64,000 nucleotides of DNA. Origin: a bacterium. GTDB taxonomy: Bacteria; UBA8248. Below the pieces are notes generated by a model, which was not told where the DNA came from, made no database searches, and saw only the letters and a list, made by a program, of their open reading frames with translations. The position numbers and the translations under genes are program-made. The stretch spans positions 2,304,001 through 2,368,000 of the forward strand of contig OZ241326.1 of NCBI GenBank assembly GCA_965199855.1, given 5' to 3'. Positions 48,424 to 57,802 of this stretch are shown here, piece by piece (the stretch's first letter is position 1; each line of letters opens with the position of its first letter).

Positions 48424-48888
48424 ATGGAGCATGGAATGCCTGATCCGGAGAGGCGGCCGGCGTTTCTGGACGAGGCGGCGGCGGACAGGGTGAGGACGGC
48501 GGCGCTGCTCATCGGGCGGGGCGGCCGCGCCAGAGGCGCGAACGAGGCGCTCTTCCGCGTCGCGGCGCATCTTCAAAGGGCGTGGCCCCGCCGCGTGCTG
48601 GAAGCGGCGTTTCTGGAGATCGGCGACCCCTCCATCCCCGGGGGAATCGACCTTTGCGTCGAGAGGGGAGCGGAGAGAATCATCGTCATCCCCTGCTTTC
48701 TCTTCAGGGGCGATCGCGTGAAGACGGATTTGCTCGCGTTCCTCAGGGAGGGCCGGGAGAAATACGCGGACATCGACGTCATCCTGGGGCCGCATCTGGG
48801 CTTTCACCCCAAGCTCATCGAGATCGTGGACGAGCGCATCCGGCAGGTGCTCGAAACGCTGGAATTCGAGGAGAAGGCCGCGCCATGA
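48424..48888 (+). CDS. Single-domain CbiX/SirB chelatase-fold protein
   Basis: AFLEIGDPSI, IIVIPCFLF.G, HLGFHPKL. Confidence 0.75.
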   Translation: MEHGMPDPERRPAFLDEAAADRVRTAALLIGRGGRARGANEALFRVAAHLQRAWPRRVLEAAFLEIGDPSIPGGIDLCVERGAERIIVIPCFLFRGDRVKTDLLAFLREGREKYADIDVILGPHLGFHPKLIEIVDERIRQVLETLEFEEKAAP

Positions 48889-48955
48889 GGCAATGAAGCG
48901 CCCCCGCCCCCGCGCCTGAGTTTCACGCTCCGAGCCAAAGTGCTTTAATGCGGGC

Positions 48956-49852
48956 ATGTCCGAGCCCGCCGCCCTCTACGCCCTCGTCTCCGCGGCGCTG
49001 CTCGCGCTCCGGGACATCTTCGGGCGCCTGGGCGTCCGGGGCATCGACCCCATATCGGGCTCGGCCTTCACCGCCCTCGTCGGCCTCCCCGTTCTCTGGA
49101 GCGTCTCCGTCCTGCTGGGAGACTTCTCGGACCCCTGGCCGGGCTGGACCTGGCCGCTTCTGTTCATCGGCGCGTCGGGGATTCTCAGGGTCTTCATCGC
49201 GCGCACGATGCTCTTCGCCGCCACGCAATACATCGGCGCGGCGCGAGCGAGCGCCATCGCCGCGACGAACCTGCTGTTCGCCGTCCTCCTGGGCGTCGTC
49301 CTGCTGGGGGAGAGCCTCACGCTCCCCATCGGGCTGGGCGCCGCCCTGGTGTTCGCAGGCTACGTTTTCATCTCCCGGAGCCGCCCCGACGGCCATGGAA
49401 AGGCGCCCCGCCGCCGCTCCTACGCCGGCATGGGGCTGGCGCTCGGCTGCGCGGCGGCGTTCGGAGCGGGCGCGGTGTTCGCGCGCCCGGCGGTGGGCTT
49501 CTTCACCTCCGCGAACGAGGCGAATTTCTACTCCAACCTTTTCGCCGTCCTGCCCTTTCTGCCCTTCTTCGCCCGCAGGGGAAAGACGGGGGAGACCGGG
49601 CGCTGGACCATGCGCAACCGGGGCTTTCTCCTGCTGGCCGGACTCTCGGCGAGCCTCGGCGTCACGTTCCTCTACCTCGCCCTGGCGAACGCGCCCGTCG
49701 TCTACGCCTTTCCCATCTCGCAGTCGAGGCCCCTGTTCGCCATCGCGATAGCGCGGCTGTTCCTTCAATCCGAAGAAAGGGTGAACCGGCGCGTCCTGGC
49801 GGGGGCGGGGGCGATTTTCGCGGGGACGAGCGTTCTGATTTTCAAGGGATGA
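48956..49852 (+). CDS. DMT/EamA family transporter
   Basis: About ten TM segments, two EamA repeats, LLGE. Confidence 0.8.
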   Translation: MSEPAALYALVSAALLALRDIFGRLGVRGIDPISGSAFTALVGLPVLWSVSVLLGDFSDPWPGWTWPLLFIGASGILRVFIARTMLFAATQYIGAARASAIAATNLLFAVLLGVVLLGESLTLPIGLGAALVFAGYVFISRSRPDGHGKAPRRRSYAGMGLALGCAAAFGAGAVFARPAVGFFTSANEANFYSNLFAVLPFLPFFARRGKTGETGRWTMRNRGFLLLAGLSASLGVTFLYLALANAPVVYAFPISQSRPLFAIAIARLFLQSEERVNRRVLAGAGAIFAGTSVLIFKG

Positions 49853-49923
49853 CGCGCCTTCCGGCATCGGGCGGGCGAGCGGCCCCGTTGCCGGCTGCGC
49901 GCGCGAACGCATCTTGCCGCCCG

Positions 49924-50517
49924 TCAGCGCAAACTCTCGCAGCGCCCTCGCTTCGCCCGAAATTCCTCCTCCTGGACGCGGCCAAAGAACGCCAGAATTT
50001 CAATCTCCCTCACGCATAACCAATAGGAGGGCCGCCTGAAATGTCCCGCATACGCTTCGCATCCTTTCCCGTCGCCCTCGATTTGGTGGCCCACCACCCG
50101 GTATTCATCATCAACCTCAACGGTAACCGCGCAGTGATAGGCGCGCATTCTCTCGTGCCGTATCGTCAGGCACTCGGTTCTCTTTGGAACGGATCGCTTG
50201 ACGCCGCCTTTCACGGAAGTATATGCGGAATACTCCGTACATCTGGTCTCCGGGACTGAATCCGCCACATGCTCCACGCGCTTCCATATATGCAGCCGGC
50301 GTCCTGCAACGGACGTCTCCGAACTGGGATAACCCATCACCGCGACAAGTCTGTCGATATGCTCGCCATACAGCTCCGACAGTCCTCGCGCGAGAACGGC
50401 ATCCGTCGTGAATGACGTGGGCGTGAAGCGGAAGGTCGCGCATCCTGCCGCCGTCAGGAGAGCGAAGCAGACAACGGACGCTCTCGCAAAAGCAGTTTTA
50501 CGGCGGCGCTTTCTCAT
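49924..50517 (-). CDS. Hypothetical lipoprotein
   Basis: Basic N-terminus, hydrophobic stretch, lipobox-like AAGC; lower GC than flanks. Confidence 0.55.
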   Translation of the reverse strand: MRKRRRKTAFARASVVCFALLTAAGCATFRFTPTSFTTDAVLARGLSELYGEHIDRLVAVMGYPSSETSVAGRRLHIWKRVEHVADSVPETRCTEYSAYTSVKGGVKRSVPKRTECLTIRHERMRAYHCAVTVEVDDEYRVVGHQIEGDGKGCEAYAGHFRRPSYWLCVREIEILAFFGRVQEEEFRAKRGRCESLR

Positions 50518-50639
50518 GGCGCGGATGTCTCTCGATAATGAAAGATGAGCATCCCGGCGGCCTTGCGGCGCGAAAAACCAAGGGAAGCGGCGCCTATGCG
50601 CATCCCGACCGGCCGGCGGCGCGCGGCAATCCCGGGGCT

Positions 50640-51290
50640 TCAGTGCGTGTGGGTCATCGCCATCATGATCACGCGCTCGATTTCGAGAATCGCGTCGCTC
50701 ACTTCGCGGCCGAGCAGATCCAGCTTGCGGATCTGCTCGATGCGGGGACGGATGCGGTTGATCTCCTTGCTGGCGAACAGGTAGCGCAGAATGTCGCAGG
50801 CGTCGGCGAGGCAGATGATGGCGACGTCCCTCGGGTCCGGCGCCTCGTCCGACAGCAGCACGCCCGTGATGCGCAGCTTCACCTCGCGCTCGGCGCGCCC
50901 GTCGATGGTCGGATACCTCCGCGCCCGGAAGACCCAGAGGAATTTCTCCTCCTGGGACTCCAGAATGCCCTTTTCCACCAGGCCGGCGAGCACCTGGCTT
51001 CGGATGTCGGCGGTCTCGGCGGAAATCGCCTCGATCCAGGCCTTCGCGTCCTTCGTCTCCCCGGAGGCCGCGATGTCGGCCAGAATCCGGTCCTGCGCCG
51101 GATGACCCGTCGGGGTCTTGTCCAGAACCAGCAGCCGCTCGGGGTCGGTGTCGATGCGGTTCGCGAACGCCAGGTCCATCAGGACGGCGCCGGCGAGCAC
51201 GTATCCCATCGTGCTTTCTCGAACGGGCAGGAAGGAGCCTTTCTCGTCGTCCAGCATGAGCAGGAGGATTTCGTCGGCGAATGTCAGCAT
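50640..51290 (-). CDS. GPP34/GOLPH3 family phosphoprotein
   Basis: LTFADEILLL.LDD, AGAVLMDL, LVEKGIL, RRYP. Confidence 0.8.
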   Translation of the reverse strand: MLTFADEILLLMLDDEKGSFLPVRESTMGYVLAGAVLMDLAFANRIDTDPERLLVLDKTPTGHPAQDRILADIAASGETKDAKAWIEAISAETADIRSQVLAGLVEKGILESQEEKFLWVFRARRYPTIDGRAEREVKLRITGVLLSDEAPDPRDVAIICLADACDILRYLFASKEINRIRPRIEQIRKLDLLGREVSDAILEIERVIMMAMTHTH

Positions 51291-51301
51291 GGGGCGCTCC
51301 T

Positions 51302-51640
51302 TTACGAAGCCGCCGCGAGGGCCGCCTCGCGCGTGTCGTGGCAATCGATGATGGTGTCGAAGCCGCCGGCTTCTACCACGGATTTGCAATCGGGCCGCAG
51401 CGCGCAGATCATCAGCCGGCCGCCGCTCTGCTGGCATTTTCTCGCGCTCGTGAGAAACGCGCGCAGCCCCGCGCTGCTGACGTATTCCATCCCGCCGCAA
51501 TCGAGCAGGACGCGGACGTCGCCGCGCTCGACGGCCTCCGAAATCCGCTTCTCCAGATCAGGCGCGGTGAGGCCGTCAACGCGCCCCTCAATCGAGACGA
51601 CGAGGGCGGAACCCGCCTTTTCTTCCCCGATATTCATCAT
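51302..51640 (-). CDS. STAS-domain anti-sigma factor antagonist
   Basis: GRVD, YVSSAGLR phosphorylation loop, GFD. Confidence 0.88.
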   Translation of the reverse strand: MMNIGEEKAGSALVVSIEGRVDGLTAPDLEKRISEAVERGDVRVLLDCGGMEYVSSAGLRAFLTSARKCQQSGGRLMICALRPDCKSVVEAGGFDTIIDCHDTREAALAAAS

Positions 51641-51781
51641 GTCTCCATGCTCTCCTGAATGGCTGGGGGAGTTGAACCTCCGCTATAAAGGTAATCCAAC
51701 GCCCGGCGGTTTGCAACTTGCCCTTTCGCGCGCGGGGGCGTCCCGCGGGCCATCCGCGCCGCAAGCCCGAGGTTCCCCCCC

Positions 51782-52240
51782 TCACGCGCCCCCGCCCCCC
51801 TTTCTGCGCACCAGATGGACGGCGCGCATCGAGAGCACCACATCGCCCTCCTGGTTGAACGTCCTGAACTCCATGAGGACGATCCCCCGGCGCGGCTCCG
51901 AGCGGGACGCCCGCGCCTCGACGACCTCCGCCTCGACGCGCAGGGCGTCTCCGGGGCGAACGGGCTTCAGCCAGCGAATGGAGTCCATGCCGGGCGAGCC
52001 CATCCCCGTGGTTCCGATGACGCCCGTGTCGATGAACAGGCGAAACGAGGCGACCACCGTGTGAAATCCGCTGGCGATGACGCCCCCGTAGGGAGACTCG
52101 GCCGCCGCCTTCTCGTCAACGTGGAAGGGCTGCGGGTCGTAGAGCCTGGCGAACTCCACGATCTCCTCCAGCGAGAGCGTCTTCTCCTTCGTCCGGAACC
52201 GCTCGCCGACCTGAAAATCCTCGAAGAATTTCTCTCTCAT
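51782..52240 (-). CDS. MaoC family dehydratase
   Basis: FEDFQVG, DPQPFH, IASGFHT, PVRPGD. Confidence 0.88.
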   Translation of the reverse strand: MREKFFEDFQVGERFRTKEKTLSLEEIVEFARLYDPQPFHVDEKAAAESPYGGVIASGFHTVVASFRLFIDTGVIGTTGMGSPGMDSIRWLKPVRPGDALRVEAEVVEARASRSEPRRGIVLMEFRTFNQEGDVVLSMRAVHLVRRKGGGGA

Positions 52241-52306
52241 CGAAAGCAGCCGCCAAACCGGGCGTCATCCCGGGCTTCGGGGAGATGGGCGATTCCCCTC
52301 CGGGGT

Positions 52307-53416
52307 CTATAGTTCCTCGTATTCATGGACGTCCAAGGGTAGCCCGACGGGCGCCTTTCGATGCGCGGAGACGTCCATCGCCATCGTGAGCAGCAGGTTG
52401 CGGTGTCCGTCCCGCGCGGTGGCGTGCGGCGTTTCCAGCCCCGTGTGGACGCGACCGAACCAGGCGTTCGTCTCCTCGCGCATCGGCCCCCAGAGCTGAT
52501 CGAAAACGACGTCTCCGGGCGGATAGCTCGCCAGAAAGTCCACGTTCCGCTTCGCCTCGGGCGTGTAGCCCGCAGGCTGGGGGTTTTCGCTGGCGAGAAC
52601 CAGATCCCTGTGCGTGTCGTCGATGGTGAGGACGCCCTCGGTGCCGACGATGCCGATCTCCAGGCTGTAGACGGAGCCGGGCCAGACCGTCGGCAGCGCC
52701 CAGGAGATGCTCATGCTCCAGATGGTTCCATCCTCGAAGGTGAAGATGCCCAGGGTGGCGTCCTTCGTGCCGTAGGTCGCGCCGAGCGCCTTGTCCATCG
52801 AGCGCGCATAGACTTCCACGGGCGTCTTCCCCTCCATGAGCCACATGCAGATGTCGAGGCTGTGCGTTCCCGAGACGACCATCGGCGTCAGGATGCCGCG
52901 GTATTCCGTCTTCTCCACCGTGGCGATGGGCACCAGGCGGTTCATGAAGGCTCTCGTGACGACCGTGGTGACGTCGCCCAGCTGGCCGGTGCGGATTTTC
53001 TCCTTGGCGATGAGAAACCGCCGCCTGAAGCGCTGCGTATAGCCCACCACCGCGTCCAGCCCGGCGTCCTCGATCGCCTGCAGGACCCGCGCGGAATCGG
53101 CCGCGTTCGTGGCGAGCGGCTTCTCGATGAACAGGGCGTGGCCCCCCTCCGCCGACGCCAGGACGGGGCCTACGTGCTCGTTCTCCTCCGTGGCGATGAT
53201 GGCGGCGTTCACCTCCGGCCGCGAGAGAAGCTCCCTGTAGTCCGTGGTGAAGAAGTCGGCGTTCGTCTCCCCGGCGAGCCGCCTCCCCGCCTTCTCGTCG
53301 ATGTCGCAAAGGCCCAGCCATTCGACGCCCGGATAGTCGCGGGCGAATTCGGCGCGGATTCTGCCGATCTTCCCGCAGCCCACGACGGCCAGACCAATCT
53401 CTTTCTTGTCCGCCAT
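52307..53416 (-). CDS. Gfo/Idh/MocA family oxidoreductase
   Basis: VGCGKIG, IEKPLA, GYTQRF, THSLD. Confidence 0.88.
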   Translation of the reverse strand: MADKKEIGLAVVGCGKIGRIRAEFARDYPGVEWLGLCDIDEKAGRRLAGETNADFFTTDYRELLSRPEVNAAIIATEENEHVGPVLASAEGGHALFIEKPLATNAADSARVLQAIEDAGLDAVVGYTQRFRRRFLIAKEKIRTGQLGDVTTVVTRAFMNRLVPIATVEKTEYRGILTPMVVSGTHSLDICMWLMEGKTPVEVYARSMDKALGATYGTKDATLGIFTFEDGTIWSMSISWALPTVWPGSVYSLEIGIVGTEGVLTIDDTHRDLVLASENPQPAGYTPEAKRNVDFLASYPPGDVVFDQLWGPMREETNAWFGRVHTGLETPHATARDGHRNLLLTMAMDVSAHRKAPVGLPLDVHEYEEL

Positions 53417-53944
53417 TCCCTTTTTCCCCTTTGCTTGCAGAATCGCCAGCCCGACGGCCCCACGCGCCCGGCCCGACGAAAAGCGCCAGATTTTTCACTG
53501 AACGCGCGCGAACCGGCGGGACGCATCATAATACGCGGGGGCGGATTCAGGAAGGCGCGGAGGATAACCGGGGACGCGCAAGGGCGTTTCGGCGAAAGGG
53601 AGACGACATGCCTCACGCGCGCCATCGCGGAGCGAGCCGGAATGACGGCGGGGGAACGACGGGAAAGACGAAAAATCTCCCGGCGCGGGCGAGGCGCGTC
53701 GCCGCCCGGGGCGACATGAAAATTTCGACAAAATCAGACAAATTCACGGCCTTATCCTGCAAATAGAGAGCTGTTTTCCACCTTTTAGAGACCCCTTTGA
53801 CGATCCTTTGACCATCCCGCCCGGCCCCCGATTCGCCCGCCTTCCCCCTTCCAGAGGCGCAACTCCCCCACGCCGGAATATAACCCGCCCCGGCCGCCCC
53901 CGCGGAAGCGCAGATGCGCGTAAATGCGGGCAGACGCGCGCGAT

Positions 53945-53960
53945 TGTTCCACGTGGAACA
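53945..53960. promoter_or_regulatory. parS centromere-like site
   Basis: Perfect palindrome TGTTCCACGTGGAACA (extends to 20 bp, 53943-53962), close to the ParB consensus TGTTNCACGTGAAACA, intergenic. Confidence 0.85.
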
Positions 53961-54101
53961 ATTTGACGGGGAAATTCCGGGGGGAAATCTCTTTTTCCGG
54001 GCGCGCTCCGCCCCGCCGGAGAGGATTCGGCCCCCGATATTCAGGGGAAATCTCCCGTTTTCGCGGCGCCGGCGCGCGAAATCGCCAAATTTCGATGGAA
54101 A

Positions 54102-54464
54102 CTAGTCTTTCACCTCGACGCGAATGGCCTCGAGGGGTTTGTCGCCGTGATTCTCGACGGCGTGCAGACCCTCCCTTTCCAGCCAGAACGGGACGCCCTC
54201 CTCGCGGCGCTCGCCGAGAGGGCAGACCTCGCCCTTTTCGTTGTAGTAGGTGATCTCCGGCATACTCGTGATGGTGAACACGCTCTCCCATTTGTGCGCG
54301 TGCCGCTTTTCGAGCTCGCCGGGCCGAATCGTCACTCTCAGGACGCGAACCCGCTCGTTCTCGAAGACGACCTCATGGTTCTCGGGCGCGGCGACGACGG
54401 CGTCCAGCTCCTCGGGCGTTCCCGGAACATACTCCGGCCGCCCCGGCGAAATGCTCTGGCTCAA
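54102..54464 (-). CDS. Cupin-fold protein
   Basis: FENERVRVL, HAH, HAVEN; TTG start overlapping upstream stop. Confidence 0.75.
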   Translation of the reverse strand: MSQSISPGRPEYVPGTPEELDAVVAAPENHEVVFENERVRVLRVTIRPGELEKRHAHKWESVFTITSMPEITYYNEKGEVCPLGERREEGVPFWLEREGLHAVENHGDKPLEAIRVEVKD

Positions 54465-55435
54465 TTTCTTCCCTCCCCGGAAAGCGCGGGCGACGGCGGC
54501 TGGGCGAACAGCGATTTCGGCAGCATGGCGTGGACTCCCTTGACGCCGTTCACGATTTGCGTAACCCGCAGGTCCACGGCGAGGCTGCAAAGCGTATAGG
54601 CGTCGTCCCTGCCCATGCCCCGCCATTCTCCGAGAAAGCGTATCGTCTCCCGAAGCGCCATCTTCGCCGCGTTGTCGAGAATGGGGTCGAACCCCATGAG
54701 AATATGATGCGTCGCGGTTTCCGCCCTGGGGGTATCGAGGCGCAAGTTCTTCCGCAGAACGATCTCGAGCTTTCCCGAAAGGCCCGTTTCGATGGCCGTC
54801 AGACAGGCCTCCCCGTCTCCCTGGCAGCCGTGCCCGTCCCCCACGGAGAACAGCGCCCCCTCGTTGAAGACCGGAAAATAGACGACGGCGCCCGACGCGA
54901 GCTCCTTGTTGTCCAGGTTTCCGCCCCAGGCGCCGGGAGGATAGCTCCCCACGCGGCCCATGGCGGGCGGGGGCGCCACGCCGAAGTTCCCGAAATAGGG
55001 ACGGAGCGGCACCTTGACGCCCGCGCCCCAGTCGCCCGTCTGCGCCTCTAGGTCAAGGTCCACGATGACGGAGCGCGCATAGGGGAAATCCTCCGGAAGC
55101 CCGCCCTGCATCGGCCGGATGGCGTTGTATCCCCAGTCGTAGCGCGTCCTCACCTCATGGACGCGAACCTCCAGGGCGTCCCCCGGCCGGGCGTCCTCCA
55201 CATAGACGGGCCCCGTCATGATGTGGGGGCCGGGCCCCTGGGGAACCCGCGCGAGAATGTCCCTCAGGTTCCGCGACGCCCTTTCTCCGAGCCGCTCCAG
55301 ATACTCCTCCCTGCCCGATTCCGTATGAACCTCCAGGACATCGCCCGAGCGCACCCGCAGCACGGGCGCGAGCGAAGCGTCGTAGTAGCCCCAATGAACG
55401 GTATCGGGCTTCGCCGTCAATTCATGGGTCGCCAT
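54461..55435 (-). CDS. Acetamidase/formamidase family protein
   Basis: TVHWG, HIMTGP, GGNLD, GDGHGCQGDGE, AIE. Confidence 0.9.
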   Translation of the reverse strand: MATHELTAKPDTVHWGYYDASLAPVLRVRSGDVLEVHTESGREEYLERLGERASRNLRDILARVPQGPGPHIMTGPVYVEDARPGDALEVRVHEVRTRYDWGYNAIRPMQGGLPEDFPYARSVIVDLDLEAQTGDWGAGVKVPLRPYFGNFGVAPPPAMGRVGSYPPGAWGGNLDNKELASGAVVYFPVFNEGALFSVGDGHGCQGDGEACLTAIETGLSGKLEIVLRKNLRLDTPRAETATHHILMGFDPILDNAAKMALRETIRFLGEWRGMGRDDAYTLCSLAVDLRVTQIVNGVKGVHAMLPKSLFAQPPSPALSGEGRN

Positions 55436-55539
55436 CGAAGCGCTCCTCCAGCAGGGGCGATGGGCCGCCGCTTTCCGCATACAAGCATTGCGCGCGGACG
55501 GGCGAAAGCGAGCCCGGGCGCGCCGGACGGATGGATTCC

Positions 55540-56475
55540 CTAATCGAGAATCTCCTTCGGCAGCATGGCGTGGATTCCCTTGACGCCGTTCACGATCTGC
55601 GTGACGCGCAAGTCCACCGCCAGGCTGCACAGCCTGTAGGCGTCCTCCGGGCTCATGCCGCGAAGCTCGCCCAGGAAGCGAATCGTCTCCCGGAGCGCCA
55701 TCTTCGCCGCGTTGTCGAGAATCGGGTCGAACCCCATCAGGATATGGTGGGACGCCGTCTCCGCGCGCGGCGTCTCGATTTTCATGTCCTTGCGAACGCG
55801 CATCTCGAAGACGCCGACGAGGCCCATCTCGATTCCGTTGACGTTCGCCTCGCCGTCCCCCTGACAGCCGTGCCCGTCGCCCACGGAGAACAGGGCGCCT
55901 TCGGTGAAAACAGGCAGATAGACCGTCGCGCCCGCGGTGAACTCCTTGCAGTCCGTGTTTCCGCCCCACGCCCCGGGCGGAAGCGTGGGCACGCGCCCGA
56001 GCGCGGGAGCGGGCGCGACGCCGAAATTGCCGAAAAAAGGCGCAAGAGGAACGCGGACGCCCGCGCCCCAGTCGCCCGTCCCGCTCTCCTCGTCAATCTC
56101 CACGAGCGCGACCCGCTCGTAGGGGAAATCCTCCGGCAGGCCGCCCGCCAGGGGTTTGAATCCGTTGTAGCCCCAGTCGTAGCGGGGCTTTACGTCGTGA
56201 ATCCTCACTTCCAGCGCGTCGCCGGGCCGGGCGCCCTCCACGGCCACGGGACCCGTCATGATGTGGGGTCCCGGCCCGGGCGTCATCGTCTCCAGTATCT
56301 CCCTCAAATTCCCGGAAAGCCGCTCGGGGCGCGTCCGGAGAAAATCCTTCCGGCCCGATTCGGTCTTCACGACGAGCGTGTCGCCCGAGGCCATCGTCAG
56401 GACGGGGGGAAGGGCCGCGTCGTAAAAGCCCCAATGGCAGGTATCGACCGTCGTGTCGAGCTCCCGCGTGGCCAA
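55540..56475 (-). CDS. Acetamidase/formamidase family protein (tandem paralog)
   Basis: TCHWG, HIMTGP, GGNTD, GDGHGCQGDGE; TTG start after AAGGAG. Confidence 0.9.
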   Translation of the reverse strand: MATRELDTTVDTCHWGFYDAALPPVLTMASGDTLVVKTESGRKDFLRTRPERLSGNLREILETMTPGPGPHIMTGPVAVEGARPGDALEVRIHDVKPRYDWGYNGFKPLAGGLPEDFPYERVALVEIDEESGTGDWGAGVRVPLAPFFGNFGVAPAPALGRVPTLPPGAWGGNTDCKEFTAGATVYLPVFTEGALFSVGDGHGCQGDGEANVNGIEMGLVGVFEMRVRKDMKIETPRAETASHHILMGFDPILDNAAKMALRETIRFLGELRGMSPEDAYRLCSLAVDLRVTQIVNGVKGIHAMLPKEILD

Positions 56476-56649
56476 AAGCGCTTCTCCTTGCGACGAGGGG
56501 CGGCGCGCGGAACGTCCCGGAGGGAGAATCGCCCGCCGCCTCCCGAACCCGAAGCCCCGAACGCCGGGACTACGGCGATATGTTCGGAATCCGGCGCCAA
56601 CTCTACCAGCAAGGGATTTGAAGATCAAAAATCCCTCTTTCGGGCCGGC

Positions 56650-57423
56650 TCAGCCGAGGGCGGCGTCCGCGAGGGCGGGCAGAATCTCGCCCGTCTTCCC
56701 CTGAATCCGCGCGTCCGCCCTGGCGTCGAAGCGGGTGGGGCCCTCGTTGACGATGACGAGGCGCGCCCCCGCCCTTCGGGCGCGCTCGGGCAGGCCGCCC
56801 GCCGGCCGCACCTCCAGGGAAGAGCCCGCGACCAGGAAAACCTCCGCCACCCGGGACGCCGCGTCGGCGCGCGCCAGTTTTTCGGCAGAAAGCCTCTCTC
56901 CGAAGAAAACCGCGTCCGGCTTCAGCAGGCCGCCGCAGCGCCCGCATCGGGGAATCGCCTCGCCGCCCCGGACCCGCGCGTGAACCCCGGGGCGCGGCGA
57001 TTTCGCCCCGCAGCCCACGCAGACGCACAGGTGGCTCGTCCCGTGAAGCTCCACGATCTTCTCCGGGTCGTGTCCCGCCTTTTGATGAAGTCCGTCCGTA
57101 TTCTGCGTCACGAGCAGCGCGAGGCGGTCATGCCGGGACAATCGCGCAAGGGCCAGGTGCCCGGCGGAGGGGGAGGCGGTCTTGACCAGTTCGTATCCAT
57201 CCAGAGCGACCTCCCAGTAGCGCTTCTGAATGTCGCTCGAGGCCAGCCACCGGCGGATGTCGAAGTCCTTCGGGTCGAAGCGATCCCAGATGCCGCCCCT
57301 GGAGCGGAAGTCGGGAATGCCGCTTTCGGTGCTGATTCCGGCGCCCGTAAGGCACACCGTAGAGCGGGATTCCCGCACCCAGGCCGCCGCTTTTTCGATG
57401 AGTTCTTTCCGGGAACCCTTCAA
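56650..57423 (-). CDS. cobB: Sir2-family NAD-dependent protein deacylase
   Basis: GAGISTESGIPDFR, TQNTDGLH, ELHG, two CxxC, GSSL; start approximate. Confidence 0.9.
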   Translation of the reverse strand: MKGSRKELIEKAAAWVRESRSTVCLTGAGISTESGIPDFRSRGGIWDRFDPKDFDIRRWLASSDIQKRYWEVALDGYELVKTASPSAGHLALARLSRHDRLALLVTQNTDGLHQKAGHDPEKIVELHGTSHLCVCVGCGAKSPRPGVHARVRGGEAIPRCGRCGGLLKPDAVFFGERLSAEKLARADAASRVAEVFLVAGSSLEVRPAGGLPERARRAGARLVIVNEGPTRFDARADARIQGKTGEILPALADAALG

Positions 57424-57802
57424 CGGACGCCTGCCCGATATGGAAGCGGACGGGGACGGCGGCGGCGAGGCGTGAAACCCGGCCGCCGATCGATGTATGC
57501 TACGCGAGTCGCGGACGCATGAAAACCGGAAGCGGCGAACCGCGGAAGTCCTCAAAACGTCCGGCAAGAACACGCGCTTGCGCGGACGCCCGCGAAAACG
57601 AGCGCGCGGCGAACGAGGCCGGCCGCAGGCGCGCGAGCGAAAAAAGCCTCCTTCGAGAACGATTCCGGCGCCTTTCCGCCCATGATTTTTCCGAGGCTGT
57701 GGTAGAGTCGCCCATGGCGTCCCCGCGCCGGCCGGACGCCCCGGAAGCCGCGCGGGCGATTCTGATTCGCCCTCATCGTCAGGACAACGAGGAGAGAGGA
57801 AC

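Noticed and set aside
53420-54100. oriC in this intergenic region
   Set aside because: No cluster of TTATCCACA-like DnaA boxes and no dnaA/dnaN adjacent; only parS is supported
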